Made by a program: the position numbers and the translations under genes. Under the pieces are notes generated by a model. It saw nothing but the letters and a program-made list of their open reading frames with translations. It was not told where the DNA came from and searched no databases. Below are positions 38,901-53,844 of a DNA stretch of 64,000 nucleotides, in pieces; the stretch's first letter is position 1, and each line of letters opens with the position of its first letter. This DNA comes from Lytechinus pictus (Eukaryota), in contig NC_087251.1 in the NCBI RefSeq assembly GCF_037042905.1, positions 4,590,001-4,654,000 of the forward strand. Reading direction: 5' to 3'.

Positions 38901-39765
38901 GCCTTTGATAAATATTCTTATGATTAACCTTGCTAAGAATACAGGTACATTTATGATGTAGATTATGTTGAGCGTAGTGTTCTTTTTAACACTTCTATTT
39001 TATACGGTTCAGTTCACATCTGCATTAGATCAACAAAAAACCCTCAACTCCATCCCCTTTAGCAGATGACATCAATTATGTGTAAATAATTTAAAGCAGA
39101 AACAGTATATCAGCTCATTTTCTGTTTGAATCCTTCATGTGATTTTTCAAAGAGATTTTTCAATATTTATTTAACAATAAAAGATTATACTGTTAACAAT
39201 AACGTTCTCAGGTCCCTTTAACATGAGACATTTTTGTAATCAGCCACAAAAAAATCATATGACCATAGCATCCAAACATTTCTTCATTGAATCACTAAAA
39301 GGTTTTTTCAGTGCTAAAATGAAATACCATCTATTTTTTAAGGAAATACAGCTTATACAACAATAATATAACTATTTATGTAAACCAATCTGGTAATCAA
39401 GTCTAGATCTTAATGAAACATTTTTAAATGTAATTTTATTTTTATATATGTTATCAGCTTGATATGAAAAGTTTAATCGGAAACGGGGAGTAAGTTCTCC
39501 TCGCACCTCTTTGATAAAAAAAAGGCCCCTGAAGCTTGTAAATGGTTAGTTAGAGTGTTAAGGGAGCGTAACTGTTGGGATATGTCATCGTATGCAGGGT
39601 ATATGGGTCGATTAACTCTGATAGACGATTAATTAGGAAGTTGTGTTACGGGAGGTTCCTTGACTGAGATGTAGGACTGATATTGACCTCTTAATACCAA
39701 GGTCGATGTCCTCTACGAACTCTCCCATTTAATGATTTCATTGATGTTCTTATGTCTTTTAGTCA

Positions 39766-39877
39766 TTAGAGTAACTAGTTTATTATTCGTTCTTTAGAGT
39801 AACTAGTTTATTATTCGTTCTTTAGAGTAACTAGTTTATTATTCGTTCTTTAGAGTAACTAGTTTATTATTCGTTCT
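39766..39877. repeat. Perfect minisatellite, 4 x 28 bp
   Basis: Unit ttagagtaactagtttattattcgttct at 39766, 39794, 39822, 39850. Confidence 0.97.
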
Positions 39878-42304
39878 AAAGGAATGATGAAAAAAAATCA
39901 ATTGAAGTGTTTCACTTCACCTGATTTAAGTTGTTACTTATTTGGATTGAATACTAATTTACATGTATTTTGTGAGCTCTAGAGAAAGAGAAGTTTTACT
40001 TGCTATATGTTTATTATATATTCGATTACATTGTTTTGTTTTATGTTTTATTTTCGATTACCTCTGTTTTGTTTTTATTCATTTAATCTAATCACTTTTT
40101 TGGTATTATGACATAGGATTGATGAGAAAGAATATAATGATCTATGATCATGTTTCATCTTTTCCATTTCAGTATGAAGTTGGTACAAACATGGAAATTC
40201 ATTTTTAATATAAATATACTGATGAAAATTAAGAGAATGATGACACAAAGATAATAATTGGGAAAGTAAATGAAGCACAGGAACAGGCCAATCTGCCAAT
40301 TCATCATCTTCTTTTTTCCTTTTTGTACAGCAAATTTTTCTCATAATCTTTGCCCCTTGGCATGTCTGGCACACGTACCATAGCTAGCTGTATAATCATA
40401 GCTGGTAATGTTTTTTTTTTCTTAAACAAATGAAACTAATACAACAATATATAATTCTAACTTTTAATCGAGTTAAATGGTGCAGATCTTTTCAAAACTC
40501 TTATTTTATCACTTTTGATGACGCATATAGTGGTTTGATCTCTTTTTCACGCTCTTGTGTAAGCTAAATGATCGGCATTTTTATTTTACTTTTCCGCCTT
40601 CCATTTTAGCCTCTCTCAACTTGATTTTATTCTCAATTATTATTCTCTCTCTCTCTCTCTCTCTTATCCCCTTCTCCCCCTCTTTATGTCTCTTTCTCTC
40701 ATATCCAATGGACCTTTTCATTGTCTGTATCTATAACCGGCCTGGATGCGGAAGAACACTCTTGCACGTCTTCATCCATTACGACTTCAAGACCGTGATC
40801 GACCTTGAAGCGGCAAGCCAGCCGAACTTGAAAGAACTTGGAACACCTCACTACTCTTCACCAATGGCTCGTGACCGAAGAACTAACATCTTTGTATATG
40901 TTTTCAATTTCTGAAATTCAAGTCGATTGAAATAAACAAATTGCATGTTCGATCCCTTCAAATCTCATTCCCTTTGCTCATTTCGGCAGATTCGGCTTCT
41001 AATTATCAGAACGGTAGCTCGCGATGACAGAAAGAAAGCGTTACCGTATATCTCCCGCACGGTTCTATTGTTCTCAACCAAAGTTCGTCTTTTTTAGGGA
41101 GAGGGGGGGGGGGGGAGCTGCGTTAAATGGCGCGCATGAGCTGGCCAATAAATCTGTCCAATCATATTTTTACAGTAAATCCCAGCTGATAGGCGAGTTT
41201 GAATCCCTACTCGACCCCCTACAATAGGCACGAGTTATCATCACCTCGTCATTACACCATTAAGGGGGAGTTTAGCTGCAGGCATACCGAACAAACTTAC
41301 TAGCTAGCTACATGCATCCAAATTCATTTTCTCTTCTCTTTATTCGATGCATGTGTGAGTGTCTATCGAGAGGTGACCAAGGGTTAGGCATGGGATTTTT
41401 GTCGCTTACTTCAGCTTTTGTCCAATCCATCATCTCCACATCAAGCGCCGTAATCATTACAAACTGAATTACGCGACAACTTTTAATCACATGTTTCTAT
41501 CTTCTTCCCTTTCTCATCACTCCCAAGATGCCTTACCAAGGTGACTGCCATGGTCCCCGGGTGAATACCTCAAAATATCAAGACAAATAAACTGCAGGGA
41601 AACAGAAAAAATAAAACTTCTCGGTCATCGACCCTCTTAAAAAGCAGAATTCTAGCCCGGCCTTCAACCTCTATAGCCCTACATCATGACATTCTTTGCG
41701 TGGGGCGATCCTATATCCGAAGAGATACAGAAACAAAAGATCTTACAAATCATCATGACCGGTAATAACCTTCAGAAACAATGACATGCATAACAACAAG
41801 TTTGAATCGTCTTATATCATCACCAACTAAGACTTGATCTGTTCTGACATGATGAATAATAGCATGCCTTGCTCAATCTGAAATCATGTCACGCAGTCTT
41901 CTATCGGCACTCATTTATATTTCATCTGACATTTTTACAACCACTTTGAATTATTTGATCGATAAAGTTGTAAGTCCCCCTAACATTAATCAGTCACAAT
42001 TTGATATACATCTTCTCCATGTCATATGCACAGTCATAACATTAGAAGAGAAGAATTACAATTTGCTAATCGAAATTATTTACTTTGAGTTCACGTTGTC
42101 GAACTGGCATTATGGACAAATATTTATTATTATTTTTTTATTTCACGCCCAAATTATGATGAAGAATACAAACTGGAAGATAAAGTTCACTATAATAATC
42201 GATATTCGTATTCTAAGCTTAACAGACACTTCAGTCTTTGTGATTTCAATAGTAATTTTGTTTGAAATCACAATGTGTGTAAAAAAAATGTGCTTTTGCC
42301 AAAA

Positions 42305-42458
42305 CCGTCACCACCTTCATCGATGCAACCACAACCACAACATAACACAATTTTATCATAAAAATAATCATCATTATTCCCACCACCAGTATTACGATCA
42401 CCACCAACATCATCATCACCACAACCATGACCACCACCGATATCATCATTGTCACCAT

Positions 42459-42495
<37 letters not shown>

Positions 42496-42512
42496 GTCGT
42501 CATCATCGTCAA
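42305..42512. repeat. Degenerate (CAY)n trinucleotide microsatellite
   Basis: cac/cat/cgt triplet runs. Confidence 0.9.
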
Positions 42513-45500
42513 CAAGGAAAATATGTGACTACTATGCGTTTTTAGAGTAACAAATTTTGCAGAATATAGGAGAAAACTTATTCATCCCAATAAAATAGAT
42601 ATTCAAATTAATCCAGCAGCCTAAATTTACGTGTATTACTAAGTTTTGATACTTCCTCTTCTATCTCAAATTCATGTAGTTGCTAAAACAGAGTTCGTGA
42701 TAGAACGTTTAATTACAACCCTAAAGCAAATCGCCCACTCGCTAATCACTTCCCTGACAATGCAAGTGAAAATGAAACAATATTGTGATAGAAATTGAAT
42801 ATAGTCAAATTATGGATGCGATGAAAACTTAGCCCCATGGCAAATGATGAATCTTTTTCCTCCACGCCTAAACTTGGTCAGAGCAGCCACCGTCTTTTGT
42901 TACTGCACGCTCAATGACCTAGCACGCCCTCAGGCGGGGGATAATTTCGAGTCAAGTTAATCGGATGGCGTTCCAGTGAGAGGATCTGGTTTTGACGATT
43001 TGAATCGCACACCTGATTTCTTTATTCTCTATTTTGATAAAATCCGTTGACAGATTGCATGATGATGAACAAGTATATGGGAGGGGTCTATAATATCTAT
43101 CTTAAACTGCTCTTCTTTACTGGGTCCCTTAACAGATCCTAAATCGGTAATTCGTGGTTATTTTAAATGGATATTAATGATTAGCCTACAACAAGTTGTA
43201 GCGAATTCTTAGAGTATACAATCAAATTTGTTAACTGAAAAAAATCCATATAAATTGATAGCATACCTGAATTACATACCAAACACCACAAAAAATAAAT
43301 TGCAAATATTGTCTTACTTCCAATAAATAAATAAAGTTATTTTACCCATAAGGAATTTAACTATCCTCTTTTGTGTAAAATCCTTAGGGTAGGCCCAAAT
43401 GCATATAGGGTTTTCTTTTATTGGAAAAAATCAATATGTATATGACCTACAATACCATTGGAACTTACAATAGGGATAGCTTTTCATAAAATGACATTTT
43501 TCTCAGGGATGTTGCGATATTTAACTTTAAATCTGACCGACATACATTCTCATAAATTCATGAACGTCGAATGTTATTTACTTTTAAACATTCTTTGACC
43601 AACAAGTTATAAACTTTAACCAATTAAAATAACCTCCTCATATTCTTTCTTAGAGTACACGAGGTCAAGTATCTTATAAAAAGAACATTGTTGTGTTCAA
43701 GATTAATCCTAAAACAACAGAAATGGGTTATATTGTAAACAACTTAATGTTATTTTACAAATGACACTTGTTATCTAAAATATAAGGTTTTAGAGAAATC
43801 AACTTGTCTTTATTTCATTTTCTTTGTCGGTGGACATGGTGGTTGCTGTCTCTGAATATTTGATATACGGATGTTAACTGAGTCCTATTTATGTCGATTC
43901 TTGGCAACAATATTTCAATTAATCAAATATAACATAATATGAAAGGGAACATTCTTATAAGACGAATGAAGGCTGTAGAGACTGTCATAATTCCATTGAT
44001 TACACAGCCAACATGGCCAAGGACTTGCCTCTCTTTTTTTCTGTAATGAAAACATCACAATTTCCTTTTCATTCCAATTGAAAATGTCGCTGTCCTTCTT
44101 TACCCCCAAGCTGGGTATCCAGATGAAGTCATTTCCAGACAAGAAGTCATCGAACTCATTGAAAAAAGGGAGATACACAACTCAAACAGAACCATGTACG
44201 ATTCCTGAAAATAGTTTTCCGAACGGGCGTACTCGTTCAAAAACAAGAGAAAAAGTATGATAGAGAGTTGTAAATCAAGAACGAATGCGTCGGTGAACTG
44301 GTGCTCGCAGCCCCAGAATATCAGGCGTAGCGTTCCTTGCATAGAGGCATAAAGCCGTGACTCCTCACGACCATGATGGGTAGAGAACCAAACAAAGGAG
44401 GCCTATCCAAAATCATGAAGAAAAAAAAGAAAATGAGAAAATTGAAACACGGGCAAAATTGAAAACAGACCCCGCCCATGGTGTAACCTTAGTAACCCTT
44501 AGACAGGTATAAGGGTTGTAGAAATATATAACTTGTAGATGATGTTGGCATAGCTAGCACCTTATTCTTTAATGCAGATGGTATTGATGTTGGTTTACCG
44601 CAACGCCACAGAAGGACGACGTAGGGGTGGAGTTTTCTAATACACCCATAGAAAGACCGGAACGACATTCCCTATTGACATCTTCATCTGTACTATAGGA
44701 ATAATCATCAATAATCATTTTGTTTCGTTCAATAGTTTCGGTCGTCATTGCTCCATCTCTCAAATATTTTGTTATATATCTCTAAAGGGACACTGCTCAT
44801 TAATTTGCCGAGAGTGCTAATATAAGGTAAGTTACTCGGTATACATCATAATACATACCTTAATGGTTAAGCATATTTGGATTGTTTATTTTCATTAATT
44901 TCTCTTTACATTATTATATTGAATTACTTGATTACGTCAATCAAAGATGCATGTATGTTGTCAATGTGATTGAAGAAAATAAATAGGAAAAAAATGATAT
45001 ATTCTTAACCTTTTCCTGAAATTCTCAAATTCCTATAAATAATCATGTATTTAGCATAGATTGGAAGAATTAAAAAATTGTATGGATTAAAATCTTAAAG
45101 CAATGATCATTTCCGACTTTTAACCCCCATTTATAAAATTTACGCCATTTGTGCTACCGATTATTGTTAATTGATCATTATTCCGATTCATTTATTTCAA
45201 TGACTATTGTACTAAAAATATTAAGTAGTTTTAATTACTCTATGTGGATCTAATTCGATGATAACTTCTGTACATTACCGCTTCTGCATGAGATCTTCTA
45301 CAATAAACGTGTTTAAAAGTATAGAGTTCATATTAAAACCTCAAAAGAACTTGTAAAAGTGTCGGTGAAGATTTTATTTTTAAAATCCCATTTTCATAAT
45401 TATAGATAGATCAACGGACATGAGTTATAACACACAAAACCAACATGCCCAAGAAGGGTCGGATGCAACAGTCCAGCGATGTCAAAGAGAATACATGCAA

Positions 45501-46293
45501 GCAGTTCGGCGGAGTTTCATATCAGAGACAGCCTACGGGTCAACACCCCAGTATTACAGAGGTATGATAAAAATATTGGTGCTGTCACAAGGGTGGACTC
45601 TAATAAAATTCAAATAAACTCAATGTGTACAAAATCACAATAACAAACTGAAGAGAACGTTCATAATCTTGGTTTCATCAATGAAATGGTTTTTTTCAAC
45701 TCTAGGCGCCCATGACAACTTTTTACATCAATTATAATAGAGTAGTATTATCAAAACGTTTTTTTGTCCATTGTTGTTGATAGTTCTAGTTTAACTTGTA
45801 ATACTTTCCGTTGTAAGAGGTAGACCAGCCACCAAATGCAATACTTATGATTGATTTTAAGATCTGAAATTGACTTTTAATCGAGGGAAAGTTTTTTTCA
45901 ACAATCCAGGTATTATTCGTGTTATTGTTTTTAAAAGGTATACGGAACACAAAGGAATGACGCCACAAACAATGATTTGTGTGCATGGGTAATCATATTC
46001 ATTTAGTTTGGTAGTCCAAAATTAATAATTTACTTCGGTTTAAAGACATCCGTATAAATCTTAGTTTGTAAACAGCATATGCGACTATGATGCAAGCGCA
46101 CTTTATCAATTCTTTTGATTCCCTTAACCAGTTTAACTGAAAATTTATGAAAGAACTGATAGTGCCGTGTGCTATTTAATGTGATGAGTGTTAACTTACA
46201 TTCTATTATTAGTTTTGTCTATAGCATTTTGCATGTTTTGTGTAATGTCACCAGAAAAAATAATGGATAATATTCATGATAGCAACACATTAA

Positions 46294-46985
46294 AGGAAAA
46301 CTAAACCTCATCAAAGAGTTGATTTGATTAAAAAAGAGAGAAAATCAAATTAGCTTAACGCTGAAAATTTCATAAAAATTCGAAGGTATAATAAAAAAAG
46401 TTATTTAAATTTCGCTTAATTTCATAAACAGCGATGCATATCCTTGTCAGTATGCAAATGAGTGAACCCATGACGTCACCTATTTATTCTTTATTTTCTA
46501 CTTTATTATATAAATATTGAACATTTTACCTTTCTCCTCATCATAATGTAAAACAAAGTTTGATTTTCCTGAGCATGAGAAACTGCCATCACTGTAACCT
46601 ATTGTGATTTTGATGTATAGAGTCTCCTTGTTGTGAATTCTGGGGGGAAATGAAATATAGTATTATTCAAATTACAAAAGAAATCGTGAGTGAGGGACAT
46701 CATCAACTCTTTCATTTGCATTATTCGTTTGTATACCGGTTTTGTGAAAAAAAGTTAAATTCTAAATGTCATATCTTTTTACTCATTTTTGTAATGCACT
46801 GTGCTTATCTTTTTACTCATTTTCGTAATGCACTGTGCTTATACCGGTTTTATAAAAAATGTTAAATTTTCAATGTCATAAGTTTTAATCTCCTTACTTT
46901 ACGAACTATTTCTATGAAGTTTTCAGTTATGCTTGTTTGTTTTTTCTCTTTTTATCTATTAGCCTTTGCTGGGGCATAGAATTCC
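46294..46985. mobile_element. Older degenerate Kolobok-like MITE
   Basis: ttaa|aggaaaactaaacc start; collinear similarity to 26862..27412. Confidence 0.7.
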
Positions 46986-47619
46986 CCAGAAAAACAAGAT
47001 ACTTAGTGGAAATGCAGGAATAGTGCCATGGAATATAATATGATGGGGGGGGGGGGAGCAAGACGACCAAAATGTATTCTAAATGAAATCATAGTTTCGA
47101 CATCCAACTCTTTCTTTTTTTCAATACTCTCTTTTGTTTTTCTGTATCCCCTTTCTTCTCTCCCCCATTTTTTTTATCATGATAATTACTTGTATTGTCT
47201 CAAGTTTGCACCTACCCCTCCTGCGTTGACGTCTCTGATGGAAGACGTAACAGATAGAGAGAGACAAAATAGAGGGTAGAAGAGAGAGAGAGATGGTGAT
47301 AAAAGAGAAAGAGGGTGAGAGAGAGAGTGAGAGAAAGAAAGGGGGTGGGGCAGATAATGTCTCCAGATTCTGAACAACATTTTTAGCCATTTTTTTTCTT
47401 TGTATCTAAATAAGACAATAAAATAAACGTAGACGTAGTAGTTTTTGTTCTGATGGAAATACCCGTCATTTTAATCAAATAAGTTGTAAATTTTGTCAGT
47501 GAGTATCCTTGATTTTCATTGGATTGTCCGCAATCTTCACCATAACCGGTAGTCCGCGGATTCCGGTTAGTAATGGATACCCATTCCACAGTCGGTCAAT
47601 TCTCTTTCATTTAGAATAC

Positions 47620-48801
47620 AGATTCAATCTGTATTAAATGAAGAGTTAGGTAACCTCCAGTCTTGGATGAATATAAATAGACTCATGATAAGCTCTAGTA
47701 AAACAGTGTGTATATATGTTAATTGGAACTAAGAGTATGCTTTCTAAGCGTCATACTCTCAATATCAAGTTAAATTCAGCTAGACTAAATCAAGTGACAA
47801 ATTTCAACTATCTTGGATTAAATTTGGACCCTGAACTTAAATGGAATATTCATATAGAGCAACTGAACAAAAAGATTGGGAAAATTATTGGTTTTCTAAG
47901 GAGACTGAGATATTTTATTAACGAGTCAAATCTCAAATTGATTTATTCTTCTGTGATTTTACCCCATTTAGATTATGCGGACACTGTTTGGCAAAGTACG
48001 AATACAAATTATCTTGACCAAATCCAGAAGCTCCAGAATAGAGCAGGAAGAATTATTCTTCGAGTCAACCCCTATGAACATAAATCAGTTCATCACATTC
48101 ACCATATGTTGAAGTGGGAAGTCTCGTCGTAGGAGACATATGTACGCATTATTATTTAAAACATTCCATAAGTTAACGCCCGATTATATGACTGATAAAT
48201 TTGTTTTTAACGAAAAGCACTATGGACTAAGATCAAATTCAAACATAATGCTTCCCAAACCAAGAACAAATCAATGTAAACGTACATTCTTATATCGTGG
48301 ATCTGTATTGTACAATAAACTACCACTCAAGCTACGCCAGCTGGACACACTTAATATATTTAATAAACACGTTCAGAATTTTTTTGACTATTTTGATATT
48401 TGAAATCCGCAATCCCTTATTAACTGCCATACGATAGTAACCGGTGTAATAACAGACTAAATTGGGCGTTTAGGTAAACAATAGTAGGGTGGGTTAAAGG
48501 GGAGTGGGGCATTTTCACAATGGGATATTTTTTAACCGTAAGTTAGTTTTAGTCTTTGCATTTTTTTTCTTTTTTTTTCTTGTAATGTATTTGATTAAGT
48601 ATTGTGTATTTTTTTTTATAATACGTATTTACCATGTTTACGTTGCAAAGGACCCCATGGAAGAACAGCGGCATTATGTTAATACCGCTGAAATGGGCAA
48701 TCCTCCATATTTCATTTGACGATTTTTCTTTTTTTTCTTGTAATTTGATTATGTATATAATTTGTTTTATATGGAAATAAATACAAACAAACAAACAAAC
48801 A
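47620..48801 (+). mobile_element. 5'-truncated L2-group (Crack-like) LINE 3' end
   Basis: FNYLGLNLDPELKWNIHI...LIYSSVILPHLDYADTVW...IQKLQNRAGRII, frameshift, YGLRS...PKPRTNQCKRTFLYRGSVLYNKLP; 3' UTR ends aataaa + (caaa)n. Confidence 0.9.
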
Positions 48802-49509
48802 ATTAACTTTTGAGCGTAGAAGCTGAATTTGGTCGAACTTGACAGAAAATGTAGCTCATATACTATTTGTTTATTTGTTTTAGATTCTCTATCCATTTAC
48901 CCGACTACCAAGGCAGAGCAATAGCATCTCCTAAACCAAAGACGATTATATTTTCTTTAGAAAGGCATGGTAATAGTGAGTAAAATGCCTGAATACAATA
49001 CAAACCAAATATATAGATAGCATATACATAAAAAAAATTAAGCATTTTTTTCCTCACATATTTTAGTAACGAAATGCATGTATATCATAATGAGTATGTA
49101 TAAGAGTGGGCTTAGACGTCTTATAACCACATTTTCTGATGTATCTAATGATGCGAAAGAAAATTAATTAATATTAAAGAATATAAAAAAGAGGACTGAC
49201 TTCTCATTTAAGGTGTACGATTATTATTGCTGTAGCTTGTTTGTTAAGGGGGGGGGGGTTGGGGGATTTCTTGACATTATTGCCTCACTCATTGGCATTG
49301 CATATTCATGACGACATGTTTACAACAGTGTTTTATCAAAATGACAAAGCGGTGGCTGCGCATAGCGTCTTGGAGGGGGGGGGGGGCAGCACCATGCACA
49401 AAACATCAAACAGATTGACATTTTTACGTTTTTGTATACACGTCCTCTAATATAGTTTTTTCTTTCTTTTTAATATCCGACTTCGATAAATCTTCCCTGT
49501 TTTATTGTT

Positions 49510-50050
49510 CATGACTCGGTCGCAAATACCATTGAGAACTGCTGCGAACGCCGTACGAACGATTTTTAGACCATTACGTAAGATTTTCTTTTTGCAAGAA
49601 GACCGTCCGAAACCGGCGTTAGACTGACCGTTCGTAAGTTCGCAGCGACGACTTTGTTTATTTTAACGTCATACGAAATACTCTCTTCGTAAGCCAGCGG
49701 CAATTACGTCGTAAGGACATCGTGATAACATCGTAAGCATCACGCAAGATTATCATGATTATGTAGTGTCGAGAGACAATTCTAAAAACCTTAATTTTTT
49801 ACGGTGATCGTAATAACGCCTGCAGTTCTTAAGTTGTTCATTTTCAGATTTGTACGAAGCTCCTATATACGAAACACTCTTCGCGTTCTTACGGAGTTAC
49901 TGTAGTAAGAAAGTCATGAGGCGTATATGTAAACAATTTGCGGAACTATTGAGTAAAATCTTCTTACGAATGACGTGAGAGTGCCGTGGGTTGCCATAAG
50001 AACAACTTGCGACAACAGAAATCGTAAGATGACCGTAAGTCTGACGAAAG
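49510..50050. repeat. Decayed DNA-transposon-like segment rich in tcgtaag/cttacg motifs
   Basis: Many dispersed cgtaag/cttacg copies in a CpG-rich patch; no termini found. Confidence 0.45.
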
Positions 50051-53000
50051 AATAAGAATAATTCATTCAGGAGATTCTAAAACAAGTTCTGTAAAGTGCA
50101 TTTCCCTCGAAGCGATCATCAAAACATAACAAAGGTAAAATAGAATATTGAAATCGTTTTCATAAACGTCAAATATCATTCAAAATATTTTTTTTAAACT
50201 TACATTCTAGCCATCATGTGTATTGGAGAAAAGGAAGAAAGTGTCCTACCCTTCACAGCGACATTCGCTCAATGCGAAATCCCCAGAGGTATGATATAGG
50301 TATAATTATTTTTTGCTTCCAAAAATCTTGACTGTATTACTTTTTGTCCAATTTTGATCATAATTTCACATATTTGGTAAACTGAGCGGCGTGGCGAGCC
50401 CCTGTATGTAATCCAAGCTATATGGTGGAAATTACAAATTGATACAGAGGTTTGATTTTCGAGCCATGGTCACGTCTTTCGGATGGTAACGTTAGATTTA
50501 AATATGTCAATTACATTTATTTTTCTGGAAACATATAAACCATTTTGATTCATACCCTCGGAAAAGTCAAATTTGATCAGATTTTTACGACAAAATAATT
50601 GTAATATCACTTTACTAGAATTTTAGTATTCTCAAATTAAAATCAATAGTATTTTTAACAGGTGTCCTCTGATGGGTATTTTCAAATTTGGCTACATTGT
50701 TTGGGAGTGTAAGATCATAATTGTCAATTAATAAAAACATGATTGTAATCAGCAAGCTTTCTTGACGTTTATCAATTATTAACAAATAAATGAAAAGAAG
50801 ACAATTCATCACCCTCAGAAACAATGAAAATTAACATAGCATGAATTTAGAATTAATCAGAAGTAAACAAAGAAAGAGTGATAATAAACTACACGCTTCT
50901 TTGATATTGGGGTAGAGGGGGCAAAGCTACACCCCTACCCCTTGGACTGACCATGGATGGGTAGTGGTCTGGACAATCAGGAAACCTCAAATCTTGGAAT
51001 GGGAAGTCTACAGGTTCTAAGCGTCCCACTTGATTAAAACCGGCCATGTTTTTCGTCGGGGGTCCAAGCGACGCAAAGGGATCCTTTCCTGTGCTCTTTT
51101 TTTGTTATATATTTTTCTCTCCCTTTACGGTTGTGTCTCATCTAAATACATAAATCAGCAATTTAGAGTCTAGCCTTAGGGGCATGGATAAGGGGTCAAT
51201 GACTGATCGCTCCTTCACCCAATCACTAAAAAAACCCCTCAAATTCAACAATTTTAAATTTTTCCATTTTGATTAACATAGTTCAAAAACATCTCAATCG
51301 TGTCCATAATTCTATAACTTTATCATATTTTTTTATTCATAACACAGCGACTTGCTTTTTCTAGGTAAATAGGTTGATCTACAAACTTAGTGATATACAA
51401 ACAAGTATAAAGTGAATCTATAGTATAAACAAAATGATGCATACTTGAATTACTGTAGTAGATATGAAATTATGTTTTAATAATATCTAGTTTTAATATT
51501 GTTGAATTATCTATCCTAAATATATCACAAGTATGAAATCCGTTTTTTTTAATATATAAGAAAACAAAATATTTAAAACATGTAAAATTAGAAATCATTT
51601 AAACTATAAGTGACGCCATTCATTTCGACCAAATTCCCTATAAGGTATCTATCAAGTTTTCGTCCCCCCCCCCCCCAAGCGTTGATCACTATTTTACTTT
51701 ATACAAATGTACTGTCTATCCTAACACTATTATTCTATGGATGATATGAAATGGAAAAGGTGTTTTAGTGGATGTGTTTTGCAATTATTAAATAATAAAA
51801 TATTTTGGTCTGGAAACCAACCATAATGAATTTTACAAAATGTGAATTTGTTTCATAATTTAGAATAGACCAATTAGAATGAGGTTTGTTTCTCTAATTT
51901 GTAGTATTAATAGAACTAATGAAATAACTTTTTAAGGTGCCCTTTTAAAGAATGAATAAACACATGATAGAAAAGTCACTTAATATTTTCAAACGCAAAA
52001 TCAAGATTTTATCCCGAAAATGGTATTAATAAAGATGATTTCTGCACTTTTGGAAGATTGTTACTCCAATATGATTTCAATAATTCGCATTATTAAACCG
52101 TTTCTGTAGCTTTATACTGACTGCGTTACATTCCACATTTTTATATTTTCCAAAGAAATATTTTGATCATTTTAACTTTTTTACTCTTGTGTATAAACTA
52201 TTTTTTTCTTGAAACATTTTAGAGAAATAATGAAATAAAAAAATAGGTAGGTGTTCTTGTAATTTGCGAAAAAGCATCGGGTATATCTTTCATTGAGTAT
52301 ACCATATGCGCGAGGGGAGGGGGGAGGTGATTTTACAATTTTACAGTTCAAAAGACAATCTCGAAATATAATTATGCTTTATAGTCTTTATGCAACAAAA
52401 ATATGACCAATTTCTCATGGGCTATTTACTGTAAACAAACGGTGGGTCCTGATTGACAACATGGACAACAAAACTTTGAATAAAAAATAATGAATGGCTC
52501 AAATGGGGTAGGGCCAGTTATCAATCCTTGATTATATATAAAATGTGAATTTGTAATTAATTTTGGGTAATATTACTTTCATTTATTTATATTTTTGCAA
52601 TAAGTATTATTACTCCTATATTTCTAGGTCATCTAAGGGGACAGTTTGTAGTTCGGAAATTGTTTGGACAGAATACTGAGAGAAATATGCTTAATCTTAA
52701 CCATTCTCATTTTACTAAGCAGGGTCAATGCCTGATCGGTGGTTGTTCTCCTACAATTCAAGATATTTTAAGATTTTCATCCATTTTTTTTTCTAGGTTT
52801 AGGTTGCATACCTCTTTTCTGTCATCAAGTCAGTTTATATCATGCATCTTACATACGCGGCTAGTCAACTGACTGAACTTGAATGAACCCATCATCTCTC
52901 GCTCAACTCCCGGGGTAGCGCGCCGTCGACTTGCTGTTCGCCCCGCACCACTGGGACCCATCCCAAACTCCTTCAATACTTTTTCTTCTTTTTGAAAGCA

Positions 53001-53606
53001 TTTTAAAGGTTTTAATGATTGCTATCTGACCCACTTTCTCTGCTTGTTCCTCTTGTCAGAGAAACAAATAATATGAAGTACTGATCGTGGTGACGTATCA
53101 ACATGTTTTTGACGCTGTTTTACATCGCTTTTTAAGACCGAGATTAATCATAATCATATCTCAGTCATCATGAGGTATAATGACAAAAAGAAGATTGAAT
53201 TGAACAAGTTGAATCTGTCTATTCATCCTATGGATTTTATTTTGAAAGATCTTAGAGCAACAATTATTATCAAAGAATGAATTCAATGCATGTAGCTAAA
53301 GTACTGATTTAATCATACGCTATATACACGATGTTATTGAGTTACCCGACATAAAGAAACTTGGTATCATCGCCACACAATTCGTTAAAAAGTCGTTATC
53401 CAATCTTAAAAGGGATCGGTAGAAATATCCAGTCTTAATGAGTATGCGTCCGACTGAAAAACAAAATCCTGTCCAAAATCGATAATTATTGGTTAGGTAT
53501 TTTGTTTGATATTGACCATTTTGTTTAGGTTGGATATATTCACTAATAGAATGGCTATTTCGATCAATCTGTTTTAAAGTGTACCTTAACAATTTATTAT
53601 TTTATA

Positions 53607-53844
53607 CACTGCAAAAACTCCGGTGTTGATTTAACACCAGCCCGGAATCTATATATGTCCACACCAGAGAGGTATTGAAACAACACCAGTTTGGAATCAA
53701 ACCGATGATGTTTTAATACTATTGGTGTTGTATAAACACCTATCTGGTGTTAGACCAAAAACGAAACTGGTGTTGACATAGATCTCTAGTGTGGACATAT
53801 AGATTACGGGCTGGTGTTAAATCAACACCAGAGTTTTTGCAGTG
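53607..53844. mobile_element. Palindromic MITE (CACTGCAAAAA family), copy 2
   Basis: ta|cactgcaaaaactccggtgttgatttaacaccagcc ... ggctggtgttaaatcaacaccagagtttttgcagtg|ta. Confidence 0.92.

Noticed and set aside
39766..39877. 28-bp direct repeats resembling CRISPR repeat length
   Set aside because: Head-to-tail with no spacers, eukaryotic context, no cas genes.
41886..42545. 219-aa His-rich ORF
   Set aside because: The His tract is a (CAY)n microsatellite; the remainder has AT-rich non-coding composition and no domain.
44569..44781. Minus-strand open frame after a tag acceptor (RYITKYLRDGAMTTET...)
   Set aside because: Weak pyrimidine tract, no recognisable homology and no strong donor; cannot be supported.
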